DNA of 63,981 nt, the filler included, from Stramenopiles sp. TOSAG23-2 (lineage: Eukaryota): NCBI GenBank assembly GCA_900128395.1. It is 3 parts of 3 records of this genome, joined end to end, with 100 filler letters (N's around TTAATTAATTAA, not from the genome) between each part and the next. Parts side by side here need not be neighbours in the genome. Positions count along the whole stretch, not along the records: positions 1 to 23,226 come from LT649493.1; 2 more parts are not named here. One strand, given 5' to 3'. Positions 1 through 11,619 of this stretch are shown in pieces. The position numbers and the translations under genes are program-made. Each line of letters starts with the position of its first letter. Within the stretch, counting starts at the first letter, position 1. The notes below the pieces were generated by a model. It saw only the letters and a program-made list of their open reading frames with translations. It was not told the DNA's origin and made no database searches.

Positions 1-445
1 CCAAGTTGGGGCAGTTTTACGGCCTATCTCCATGCTAATTTTAAAAAAAAAAGTCCAAATGGAACGCTTAGTGCTGTATACCTGCTATTTTGATAGGTCT
101 CCGTTTATAAACTAACAGCCTACTTGAGTGTAAGACATGAGCTGGCTTACCTCACACTCATACGAAGTGACGCTTCTCTTGTTTCTATTTTATATGTATT
201 CTTAGAGTAATTATAGTTCCTAAAGATAGTATTATATCTATGTATCATTTTCCATTATATTATGTCTATTTATTTCATTATTATTATTCTTTCTAGTACC
301 TTAATTATTACATATTATTTAAATTATTATTAGTTATATTTAGTTAGTAATTTTAAGTGATTCATAATTTTTAACTTATCAATTGTTGTTTTATAGTAAG
401 AACCTATTCGTAAGAATGTTTTGGGAAAAAGGATCACTGTGCTAT

Positions 446-748
446 TTACCCTATTATTATTGGTAATTGGTAATTCCGCAAAGGACCACACAAAACATAT
501 ACTTGGCCATTCACATCTGCAGCATAATGTCCTTGTTTTAGTTTATACACATTGCCGCATCCAGTTGTTGCTGGGACTCCTTTCATCAAATATCCGCTGT
601 TGGCACTGCCTTTACAGTTTGCAACTGCAATTGTATCAAATTCTCGTACGGAAATATTTTTTGGTTCTTCAACAACATCATAGCAATATTGAATTAATGT
701 AGCCTTTTTTCCACAAACATTGTTTATATACAACAGAATCATAAACAA
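446..748 (-). CDS. Possible small secreted Cys-containing protein
   Basis: 100-aa ORF with a hydrophobic N-terminus and 5 Cys, less AT-rich than its flanks. No family recognised; the true start is uncertain. Confidence 0.35.
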   Translation of the reverse strand: MFMILLYINNVCGKKATLIQYCYDVVEEPKNISVREFDTIAVANCKGSANSGYLMKGVPATTGCGNVYKLKQGHYAADVNGQVYVLCGPLRNYQLPIIIG

Positions 749-1313
749 TATAGATACAAATTGTATCTCTCAGAACAACAAGAGAATTATAATAAAAATG
801 AATACAAGAGTTTAGTCTGTGAAGACATAAACTATAACATCTTGAACAAAGATGAATGATTTACCAAATGTAATAAGCGAAACTGCTTTGCATTGTAATA
901 AACTGAGTATAAAAATATAAAATTACAGTTAAATTAGAGTTTATGAATAAGAAAATATCGTAAATCTAACTTTCAAAACATGAACTATTTGTATGAAAAT
1001 TTAAGTATAAAATGCAGAAAATTGTAGCTGCCTATGAACCATAAAAGGCAAGTGATAGTAGTTTAATTATAAATTAATAGTAGTCAATCCTGTACGTATA
1101 TTTCGTAAGCGTATTCAATCGTAATCCTCCCACATCGTTAAACATAGTATTTTAGTTGATGATGTTACAATGTTGTTATTATTATTAGCGAAAAAAATGA
1201 AAAACGTTATTACTTCTTTGAAAATTAAAAATATTTAAACTAGAATACGTAGTAACACATAACTACAAAAAGAAAAGTGATAAGAAAAACAATCAAATAG
1301 CAACAACAAAACC

Positions 1314-2531
1314 ATGGCTAGTAATGCATATAATAATCATATGAATAACCCAAGGCCACCGCCTGGTGCGTTGAAATTGTTGAAAAAAAAATTAAAGAGA
1401 AAAAAAACATTTTCACCATCACCGAAATTAACAACTTCCACTGTAAATGTACAAAGTTATAATAATAACAATAGCAGTAACGAAATCTCCAATAAAATAT
1501 CAGAAGATATCTTTCAAAAACCAAAAATGTCGGAATTAGACCAATTGCATATGGCTGGGGATAATAAATTTGGTAGACCAAGAGGTTATGTCCCACCAAT
1601 TCAACAAAGACAACCTATTCAACAACGACAAAAACAACCACAAAATAAAAGTAATTATGTTCCATCTATTCAACATCGACAACAACAAAGTAATTGCAAC
1701 TATGCTCCACATATTCAACAACGGCAACAACAACGAACACAATATAACCAACAACAAAATACTTATGCTCCACCTGTTCAACAGAAACAACAACATCGAA
1801 CACAATGTAACCAACTACAAAGTAGTTATGCTCCACTTATCCAACAAAAACATAAAAAACGGCCACAATATCGTCAACAAATACATGCTTCGTCTTTTAC
1901 CAATGCTAACAATCAAAATAATAAGGACACGTATAATCAAAACAACAGTAGTATGAATAATTATAATGATGATACCAATGTCACCACCCAAGAAAAAAAA
2001 AGTCCACCACCAAATGTAGTATTTAAAGACAAACTTGAAGTCTGTTGGACTTGTAATCATTGTAAACGTGAATGTATCCCTGTACGTGGTGAAAGTCGTT
2101 GTCTATGTGGTCATCGTTACAAAGAACATAAAGGAAAAAATTTTAGTTGTACACACCGAGGATGTAAATGCAACAAATTTTTCTTTGTTGTTGCTGAAGG
2201 AGCATGGGTATTAAGATGTCGTTGTAAACATAAACATACTGACCATGACCCGGTCACAAAAATGTGCAAAAAAAGAAATTGCAAAAATTGCACCGGTTTT
2301 GATTCGCCGTGGGTTTGTAATTGCGGTCATCCATGGAGTGAACATACACAAGGTACTAAAGTTCGAAAAATGGTTGTTGTTGATGGTAGAGAAATGCCTG
2401 CTTCGATGTTTGCAGCTATGATGGGTATGGATGATGAAGGAGGCATTGCACCTGAAATCAACAATGTCCAACGCGATCCAAATTTTGGCAAACAAATGTA
2501 TGGTAATATGAGAAATAACAATCAATTTTAA
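1314..2531 (+). CDS. FAM221-like (DUF4475) Cys/His-rich protein with a Q/N-rich repetitive N-terminus
   Basis: C-terminal SRCLCGHRYKEH...CRCKHKHTDHDP...C..CTGFDSPWVCNCGHPWSEH pattern matches FAM221A/B. Repeated Y(A/V)PxIQQ units lie upstream. Confidence 0.8.
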   Translation: MASNAYNNHMNNPRPPPGALKLLKKKLKRKKTFSPSPKLTTSTVNVQSYNNNNSSNEISNKISEDIFQKPKMSELDQLHMAGDNKFGRPRGYVPPIQQRQPIQQRQKQPQNKSNYVPSIQHRQQQSNCNYAPHIQQRQQQRTQYNQQQNTYAPPVQQKQQHRTQCNQLQSSYAPLIQQKHKKRPQYRQQIHASSFTNANNQNNKDTYNQNNSSMNNYNDDTNVTTQEKKSPPPNVVFKDKLEVCWTCNHCKRECIPVRGESRCLCGHRYKEHKGKNFSCTHRGCKCNKFFFVVAEGAWVLRCRCKHKHTDHDPVTKMCKKRNCKNCTGFDSPWVCNCGHPWSEHTQGTKVRKMVVVDGREMPASMFAAMMGMDDEGGIAPEINNVQRDPNFGKQMYGNMRNNNQF

Positions 2532-2824
2532 AAATTTATGTGAAATTATATTATATTACATTTGGTAAAAATATGTATTAGTATTAGTGTTTGTTGTGTT
2601 ATGCTGTAAAAATTTTGCTTTTCTATTAATACCTGCTATTTTTTGTCTTATAATATATAATACCCTGTATATACACGACGTCTCTCGACAAAAAAATACG
2701 GTACTACTACAGTTTATTATGATAAAAAAGATATTTTTTATTAATTTATATATAGATACCACAGGTATAAAGATGAAGAAAGACGCAAAAGAAAAACAAC
2801 AAAGATCCAATTATTAATAATACA

Positions 2825-3535
2825 ATGAAATTAATAGTAATCTTAGCAACGTTGACAATATTAATTGCAACAACTGCTGCTGCTACTACCTCCCCCAATG
2901 TAGTTGATACGTTTTGCAGTGACATTGTAGAAACACTTAAAATCAATGGAAAAGTGGAGCGAACAGATTCTTTTAAACTTTGCATGGATGTAAAAAGTTT
3001 AAGTTGGAGAAGGGATGATGTTGTTGGAGATATGACAAGATCACAAATATTTGCTAATAGTAATAACATGGTTTATGAAGTATTTTTTGATGATAAAATG
3101 AAAGCAATTAATTGCACTTCCATACCTCCACGTTCACCAACAACAGCAAATGATTTACCTTTCCGCTTTGCACAACTTGACGCTCTTGCGTCATTAAATG
3201 CTACAACTAAGGTTGACGGAGTAGAAGCTCTTGATTATCGCCATATGCGACCTGCAAAGAAAGTTGGTCCAGGACTTTTACCAGCAGAAGATATGAATTG
3301 GTTAATATCGAAAGAAGTTACAGACAATGCACAAGATTTATTGCAAACTAGTTGTGTTGAAACTGTGAAAGGTGAAGGAACAAGTGATGGCATCAGGAAT
3401 TTTCAAAAGAAATATACTCGGGATATCCCAACTGGTACATTTGAAGTTCCACAAGGTGTTAAATGTGTTCCAGCAAAACCTCCTAAAATGGGAGAGAAAT
3501 CGTACAGCGACGCACGATTCAATCTTGAATTTTAA
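2825..3535 (+). CDS. Secreted protein, possibly ependymin-related
   Basis: Clear signal peptide (MKLIVILATLTILIATTAA), spaced Cys, and a C-terminal F...IPTGTFEVPQGVKC resembling the ependymin F-x-x-P-x-x-C end. The family call is tentative. Confidence 0.6.
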   Translation: MKLIVILATLTILIATTAAATTSPNVVDTFCSDIVETLKINGKVERTDSFKLCMDVKSLSWRRDDVVGDMTRSQIFANSNNMVYEVFFDDKMKAINCTSIPPRSPTTANDLPFRFAQLDALASLNATTKVDGVEALDYRHMRPAKKVGPGLLPAEDMNWLISKEVTDNAQDLLQTSCVETVKGEGTSDGIRNFQKKYTRDIPTGTFEVPQGVKCVPAKPPKMGEKSYSDARFNLEF

Positions 3536-3641
3536 AATTATAAATGTGTGGTATATCATTAAATCAATTTGCTAAAAAAAAATATTTTTAGATACAATGA
3601 TATGCCACATATTAATAATATTTTTATAACCTTTTTTTATT

Positions 3642-5112
3642 TTATTCACCATTTCTATATTGTGATTTAACTTGGGACACTATCCGATCAGCATAATCTA
3701 ACACCGATTCTCTGGTTTTTCTATACATCGTAGGACGTATTTTATGTTTCAAACTTACAATTGGTGGTGCAAATTTTAGATAATGATGCTCTGAACTAGT
3801 ATCTAATTCTTCACGTTGCCTCATACTATCGTCTAAATGTGCGCGTCTATTATGCATCAATTCATGATGTGAATTTTGCACAGAATATAAAAATTTCAAT
3901 GCATTTGGCCTCAAAAACATTTTTAATTTTTTAACATCCTTGGTTGTGGATATGGGTTTGTAGTTCCAGGAAATGTTACTTTCATATTAAAAACTCTATT
4001 ACAAGCAGCACGCGCTTCAACAAAATTTCCTGCGCAAAACTGTGTGGTAAACTGTGCAGCAAATATGAACTGCTTACTTTCAGCTTTTTGGTCTATTAGT
4101 GCCTCACTATCAAATTGAACATTTTCTAGTCGAGTCAAATACCGTTTAGCCAACTCCATGTTTGCCAGTGAAATTGCAGCCACATTCAACTGTTGATAAT
4201 TAAGCACTTCATACCAAGAATATTTGATGTTGCCTCTAATCAACTCCACAGCATCTTCTGTGGCTTGAAAGGATTTTTTTACCATTTCAGGAGCAATCAT
4301 AGGGTACCATATGTGTGGAAAAGTCACGGCCTGTACACGGTAGTGCGCTTTTAATCGCGAGTCTTCACTGAGTATAAGAAGTCTTCGATACACTTTTTGC
4401 AATGCCAGGTAAAGATAAGAAAACTATGACCACTCGTCGTCTTTCATTTGCAAATGTTGAACTTCCTTTAGCTTTAACAATTGGTGGTATATATGCAGAT
4501 GCAACGTCAGTGCATACTGAACATTCTGAAACATATTTATCAGCAATAGTGGCACGTTTTGATGCTCTTCGTTTGACGACACTTGGATCTTCTTCTTCCA
4601 TGTTGAAATCAACATCTGCGTGTTTGGTATCCCGTGTAATTACCATGCCACCATAGACCATGATTTGGCCTGCTTTTGAACGATCCAACAACGAGCCAGC
4701 CATTTTAATTGGCCGACCTGCGATTAAAAACCATCTTTCCTTTGATCTTTCAAACTCAGCACGGGTCATAGATGCCTCATCCGCTTTTTTCATTCGTTGC
4801 CTTGCGCTATTAGACCTTGGTGAAGAACCTCTTAATTCTTTTAAATGTATACGCTGAACTGGCGCAGCACATGCCAAACCACCGTGTAAATCTAGTAAAG
4901 GATTTGCCATTTTAATGGCATGTAACATATCAATACTACATTTTTTTCCACGTGTAAAAACACCTTCACCACCATCATCATTTTCCACTTCTTCCTCCAG
5001 CTGTGTAAACATGCATATAACGCAATCTCCTGCAATTTTTACCACTTCGCCTTGATATTTGTGAACAACATTTACTAATACAGATATTGCACTAGATATG
5101 AAGGCAAATCGT
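3642..5112 (-). pseudogene. Fragmented soluble adenylyl cyclase (ADCY10/sAC)-like gene
   Basis: ISSAISVLVNVVHKYQGEVVKIAGDCVICMF, LDLHGGL, FLIAGRPI and ERRRVVIVFLSLPG are sAC class III cyclase motifs. Frame changes at ~4400 and at ~3922 (A-run). No start codon; an in-frame stop lies at ~5113. Confidence 0.65.
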
Positions 5113-5279
5113 CAAAAGTATTGACAGACGAAGAAAAGGAATTGACTGAGCATCGAATTACTGTTGCAGTTGAACTTTTAAAAGGAAAACGATACCCAGA
5201 AGAGAAAATCCGACTTGCTTTATCAAGTAAAGGTTTTTCCGACGACGAAATTGATGAAGTTTTAAGGCAAATATTGTGA
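5097..5279 (+). pseudogene. Orphan 3' fragment of a CDS (...YPEEKIRLALSSKGFSDDEIDEVLRQIL*)
   Basis: Protein-like frame lacking a start, abutting the cyclase fragment head-to-head. The LxSKGFSDDEIDE helix motif is reminiscent of Pex14-N/RecX-type helices. Confidence 0.45.
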
Positions 5280-5687
5280 AAAAATATTTTGTTATATTTT
5301 TTAATAAAAATAAGATTTACGAATGTAAATATTGAGGTTATCATTTTTTTAATAAGCTGTCTAATATAAAATGTTCTCTTACTCGTATATAAATAAGAGA
5401 ATTTTTTATATATATTAATCAAAATAAGAGAATTTTTTATATTATGATTTAATGTATATATATATAGACAGATGAACAATCTTTTGAATACTAAATTTTA
5501 ATTTTTACTAAACTTTATAAATCATTTTTGATTTGAGATGTTAATGAACGGGAGTAAAAGAAATTTATGATATATAATATATATATATGATATGAGTAAG
5601 AGAACATTTTTAATATATAATCATGGTATATATATATATATATAGAATTCGTACTTCGTATGATAATGTATTTTTTATTATATTTTT

Positions 5688-8600
5688 TTACATTGCCAAC
5701 AATTCTTCATATGTCTTCCCAGTAGCTTCTACCAATCGCTTGAATGGACCACGACCATCTTCACCTTTCTTGTTCAACAGGTCAATTGGTTTACCCTCCT
5801 CAATCACTTTACCACCACCCATGACAATAATATTATCACATGTTATAACCGTCTCTAGTCTATGTGCAATCACAAGCACAGTGCAACCTTTAAATTGTTC
5901 TTTTAAAATTTTTTGCATAAAACGATCGGTTTCTAAATCCAGTGCACTTGTAGCTTCATCCAATATTAATAATTTAGGCTGCCGTAACATGGCTCTTGCC
6001 AAGCATATTAATTGGCGTGTTCCAACACTTAAGTTGCTACCATTTTCAGCAATCATTGTCTTTAATATGGTTTGTCGATTCATATTCTTCTTACTTTCTG
6101 ATATTGGTGCACCAGCAGCAGAAGAAAGTTGTTCCATCATTTTATCAAGCTTCGTTTTTGTTAAGACATCCCAGATTTCTGCATCGCTATACTCATTGAA
6201 TGGGTCTAAATTCATTCTTGTCGTATCTGAAAATAAAAGAGGATTTTGTGGAACCTGCAGTGAGCGTTGTGTATAAAGAAGTATGGTATGTTAGAAGAGA
6301 TTTTTTCTACTAGTATTATAGATTTATGGGAATAAAGAAAAATGTAACTTACAATACTTAATTTGCGCCTAACATCCATTAATCCTAATTTTTGAATATC
6401 TACACCATCGATTAGGATTTTCCCAGACTCAATTTCAAATAGTCTGAATAAAGCAACTGCTAATGTACTTTTTCCTGCACCAGTTCGTCCCACTACGCCA
6501 GTGGATGTACCTTTATTTACTTTAAAAGTTGCATTTTTCAATGCCAAAGGCAAGTCTTTTCTGTATCGTAAGCACACATCCATAAACTGCACTTCCCCAT
6601 ATAATGGCCATTCATTTGAATTTTTTTTATTAAACGGTTCGACTACATATCTTGCAGCTTCCTGATCCATATCACAATATTCCCCAATTCGCTCCACAGA
6701 GGTTAAAAAGGCTTCTGATTCTGCTATTAAATATACCCAACCACCTAAATAAAAATTGATAATGATAGCAAAATTTATTACTAATCCAGCAATACCAGCA
6801 TTTGATGTTGTAAAGGAACAGACCAAACATGCAGTAAATGCGATTGCCGCGCCACAAAATTGAACTCTAATATGTTGCCAATATCCCATTTCTTTCATCA
6901 ACAATTCGCATCGACTGAATCCATCAAAATTTTTCCTAAGTAATTGTAAATTAAAATAAATATTCATTGGAATGTTAGAAACATTATTTACATCAACTAT
7001 TATATATGTATATATAACCCAAAATACTTACAAGAATAATAACTCATATTTCTTCTCCATTTGAAATGCGCGAATGATTTCCCTTCCGCTTATTGCCTCG
7101 CTGATTAGGGATGACATTGGTGATTGAGATAATGATTGCAATCGTTTTGTTTCGCGATTATTTGCAGAATATACTTTTTGCATATTAAAATAAAATATAA
7201 AAATTGGTATCAATCCAATAATAGTGTATGGAGCAAGGATGCACATTGTCAGCACGATTCCAATTATATGACTTAAACATAACCATGCATGTTCTAAGAA
7301 GTGTGGTAGCATAACTTCAATGTCAAAAAAATCACCAGCAAAACGTTGTATAATACGCCCAGCAGGGTTTACATCAAAGAACAGCACAGGTGCTGAAATC
7401 ACGGATTGTAAAATGCTATCATGGAATACGGTTGCAGCTCTTACCGTTCCAAAAGCAAAAATTGTAACTCTTACAACATTTGTAAACGCATTACATAATG
7501 CTAAGAAACCATAAATATGCAATGATTTACCTTCATCATATGTAAGCCACCAATCGCTGGTAGCAAAGCTAGCTTCAATTAATATCGAAGCTATTATAAT
7601 TGGCCCAAAATATTTCCATCCTCCAAAAGCAGTAAAATAACGAATCCATGTTTTAAACGTTACCATACCTTTCTCTCGATGCTCATCTACGATTAATTTT
7701 TTTCCAGCTGCAATTGTTTTTGTGTCCTTTTGTTTTTTTATGCGAATATTCACATTTTGTACATTTGTTACCTCTTTTTGTTCCTTTGTAGTAGCAAGAG
7801 TAGTAGTAGTAGTAGTAGTAGTAGTACATATCGATAATGTTGTTGAATCATTTTTTTTGTCATCTTTTGATGTTTGTTTTACTTCTTCTGTCCCTTTTTC
7901 TACATCCATATCTTGTGTCACAACATAATTGTTTATCATTTCATTTCCATTCTTTTTCAATTCATCGTACGTCCCACTTTCAATGATGGAACCTTCCTTC
8001 ATGACAAAAACACTAGAGCAATCTTGTAATAAATGCAAATAATGAGTAACTAATAAAATGGTTTTCTCTTTTAAAATACCAAGTATTAATTTTTCAAAGA
8101 CTTGTTTTGCAACTGATACATCCAATGCACTAAATGCATCATCAAAAACCATAATTTGGGCGGAGGAGTATGCACATCGTGCTAAAGCTAATCTTTGTTT
8201 CTGTCCTCCACTAAGATTCACTCCTTTTTCACCTATTTCCGTCTCATCTCCTGCTGGAAAAGTATTGATATCAATCAATAAACCACATGCATCAAGAACT
8301 TGATTATATTTCATTTTATTATATGTTTCTCCAAACAAAATGTTGTCCCGTATTGTTGCATTCATTATCCATGCTTGCTGCGGTGCATATGCAACAGTCC
8401 CATTAACTTTTATTTTTCCATTGTAAACTGTTGCGTCTCTCAATATGGTACTTAACAGTGTTGATTTGCCGCTTCCAACTTTTCCAATAATTCCATATAA
8501 TCCAGGCCCATCAATGTTAATATTTATATTCTTTAGAACAGCATCATCATCATTATCTTCGCATACAGAACCATTTATTTCGTTCCATCCTGACATTAAA

Positions 8601-9865
8601 TTGTTTAAAGATATGCATACATCCTTTGATGATTCAGCTACGATATAGTTTGGTTGTTCTTTTTCAATCGCTTCTAAATAAGCCTTGATTCTCCACAAAG
8701 ACGTTTTTCCTTTTGAAATTGCAGAAATCATCAAAGGTATAAATTGCAATGGTTGTCGCAATAAGTTAAAAAATGCAATTGCTGTAAATACATTTGATAT
8801 ATTAAATGTTGGGGAGACTATTGCGTAGGTAATAATAGCCAAGACACTTGCACCAACAGTAGCAATAGCAGCTAAAAATTCATTAATAGCCCATAGAGCC
8901 CGGAATCCAAAAAGAGAATTCATTTCTTTTCTTCTAATTTGATGTATACGATCCTCGGTTTGTTCTTCCCAACCGGAAAATTTGATGCCACGAATTGAAT
9001 TAATCATTTCACGAACCAATCCTAATCTTTGATCACTTTCGTATTGTTTCCGTTTTTGATATTTAGCTTGTTTACTTCCTACATACCATTGAAGGATTAA
9101 TAAAGTAATCAATGTAGTTACACCAACCAAGCCAGGGCCAACTCCTATTTCAAAAAAAAGCATTACTATAGAATATATAATCACACTTAAAAACCCAGGA
9201 AATCGAAAACTCCATAAAGATGTATCAGCTATTATTTTACAGTCACCAATAATTAAATTTAAACCATTGCTGCCACGTTTTGCATGGGATTTTAAAAGTT
9301 TGGAAAATATTAAAGAGGACAATGTTGCATTCCATCTTAAACCTAGTAAATTATTTGCTGCATTTAAATATTGTGAATGGCCAATTCCAACACAAATTGA
9401 TGCAATAAACATAGCAATAGAAAGTAATATTAATTTATTTGGATCTTTTTCATCACCATTGCTTATTTCCAACAAAATATTTTTTAAAATAATTGGCCGG
9501 AGTGCTTCAGCAAACATATCAAAAAAATTTAAACATATAGTGAACCATACTGTAGTTTTTTCTAATGATAATATTTTTGTAAAAAAATTAAATTTAGATA
9601 TCTTTTCATGGTTATTGATCAATTTACTGCCGTTTTTAAAAAGCTTTTCAGCATGATAATAAGGAGCTAAATAAACATCTTTAAAATTTAATGGCGGGTT
9701 ATAAAATCCATCTTTTGCAATGTTACTTAAATAGCTAAATGTAATTTTATTACAGCAATTGATATTAGGTTTTTTACGTTCAGGAAAAGGAATGAATTTA
9801 TAATTTCTCCAAGTAACACGTTGGTCGTTTTCCACTGCGGAGACATCATAATCGTTTTCTTCCAT
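5688..9865 (-). CDS. ABCC/MRP-type full ABC transporter, 3 exons (9865-7032, 6935-6353, 6254-5688)
   Basis: TMD-NBD-TMD-NBD. NBD1 has GKVGSGKS, LSGGQKQR and VFDD; NBD2 has GRTGAGKS, LSVGTRQ and ILDEATS. GT-AG introns 6936-7031 and 6255-6352 restore ...LFLKNFD... and ...LSIVPQNPLLFSDTTRMNLDP. Confidence 0.95.
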
Positions 9866-10290
9866 TATATCTGGTTGTCTTCTTCTTCTTCTTCTTCTTC
9901 TTTTAGAATTTGATTTGTAATATGGTCAACAACGCTTTACTACACTAATATAAATTAAAATGTTCTATGTTTTTTATCTTCTGCATATTTTCGAATTTCA
10001 AAGTCACGTCCGTTCATAAAAAAACCTTAACCTGGTGGCAAAAGAGCTGAGCTATTATAGGCCTAGTATACCACCTGGTGGTAGCTAGTGTGTTCCTATC
10101 ACAAATGACCGTAGAAGAAACCATGAAAACAACATGAAAATACAAATACAGTTGAAGTAGTATAATATGTATATATTGATAGATTTAAATTCCTAACTTG
10201 GTAAGACTAAGATAGAAGTTTGTACAAAAGACAAACAATATATACATATATATATATATATACATACATATATATGCAATTAATGGAAAT

Positions 10291-11364
10291 ATGAAAAAAC
10301 CTACTACTTCATTTCCAGAGCAAATATTTTATCTACTTGATACGGCTTTACATTTTGCCTCTTTAATTTATTTTTATTATTTAGCAATTCTGCATGATAA
10401 TATTTATTTCATATTTATTACAGCACTCAATGAATATAAGTTAGGGCTAATAGCACATGAAGGATGTCACTTAGCAATAAATAAAAATTATGGGATGTTA
10501 TATGATATCATGCTTGGTAGCTCAGCACAATGGAGTAAGTAAATTCTTTTCCCCCTAAACCAACCTGTGAAAGATGTATCCTCTCTAACTCCTTATTCTT
10601 TCATACGTTCTCACAGTTGAAAAACACAATAAAGGCCATCATCTCTATACTAATCATACAGATGATCCAGATGTAGATATGATGCCATTTTTACGTGTTA
10701 GGAACGAACAACCATTGAAATGGTATCATTTGTATCAGCAATATTATCAATATCTTTTATTTCCAATTGTAAGTAAATTCTATTCCCCTAAACCTAAAAA
10801 AAGAGACGCCCTCTAACACATCATCACTCATTGATACGCTACGCTCCACAGGCTGGTTTCACACTTCGATTAAACGGTATATATTTTGTTTTTTCAACAC
10901 AAACTATAAAAACATGTTTAATGCAAATGTTAATATATATTCCAGCATTTTCTTATTTTATATATTATCCAACAATTAAATATGGGTTTATTGGTGGTAT
11001 GAAATTTTATATATTACAAAATATGATTATTGGATTTATGTATGGAATTATATTTTTAGTTTCACATATCAATGAAAAAACACATTTCGATAATAAAATA
11101 AAAAAATTTGATGAAATTCAACTAGCAGAAACGGTAGATTGGTCTGCAAGTTCTGGTTTTTGGAATTATTTAACAAATGGTTTGAATCATCAAGTTGTAC
11201 ATCATTTGCATCCACATATATCCAGTTATCATTATCCAAATCTAGTCGCTCCAATCAAAACAAAATATGGTAAGAAATACAAAGAATTCCCAAATTTATT
11301 ACGTGCCATCCAATCTAATTATCTTTATATGGAAAGAATGGGGAGGAATTCTTCTTCAAATTGA
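10291..11364 (+). CDS. Front-end-type membrane fatty acid desaturase lacking a cytochrome b5 domain, 3 exons (10291-10534, 10617-10768, 10852-11364)
   Basis: His boxes HEGCH, HNKGHH (after splicing: WIEKHNKGHHLYTN) and QVVHH. Introns 10535-10616 and 10769-10851 are GT-AG and keep the frame. Confidence 0.88.
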
Positions 11365-11569
11365 ACTTTGTTGAATATTATATAATAGCCCCAGCTGGCC
11401 AGCCCTGGGCCAGGTTATAAGGAGGTGGTTGTGCATTTGTATATTTTAGAAGAAAAGTTTTTGAATGCCAGGAATGCCAGAAGAAAATTTTTTTTATTAT
11501 TATTATTATTATAATAATATTTTATATCGATAATATATATATATATTACGCCTCGTATATTTACAGATA

Positions 11570-11605
<36 letters not shown>

Positions 11606-11619
11606 CACACGCGCACAAC

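Noticed and set aside
127-145. AGTGTAAGACATGAGC similar to the reverse complement at ~23705-23722
   Set aside because: A ~15-bp match near scaffold ends; too short to define an element.
1600-1880. Imperfect repeats in the FAM221-like gene
   Set aside because: Ordinary coding Q-rich repeat expansion.
3915-3935. Programmed frameshift or stop-codon reassignment (also at ~41995)
   Set aside because: The breaks fall in A homopolymers and conserved genes use the standard code; sequencing error or decay is simpler.
10551-10560. CCCTAAA telomere-like word in the desaturase introns
   Set aside because: Single units, not tandem; part of the shared intron motif.
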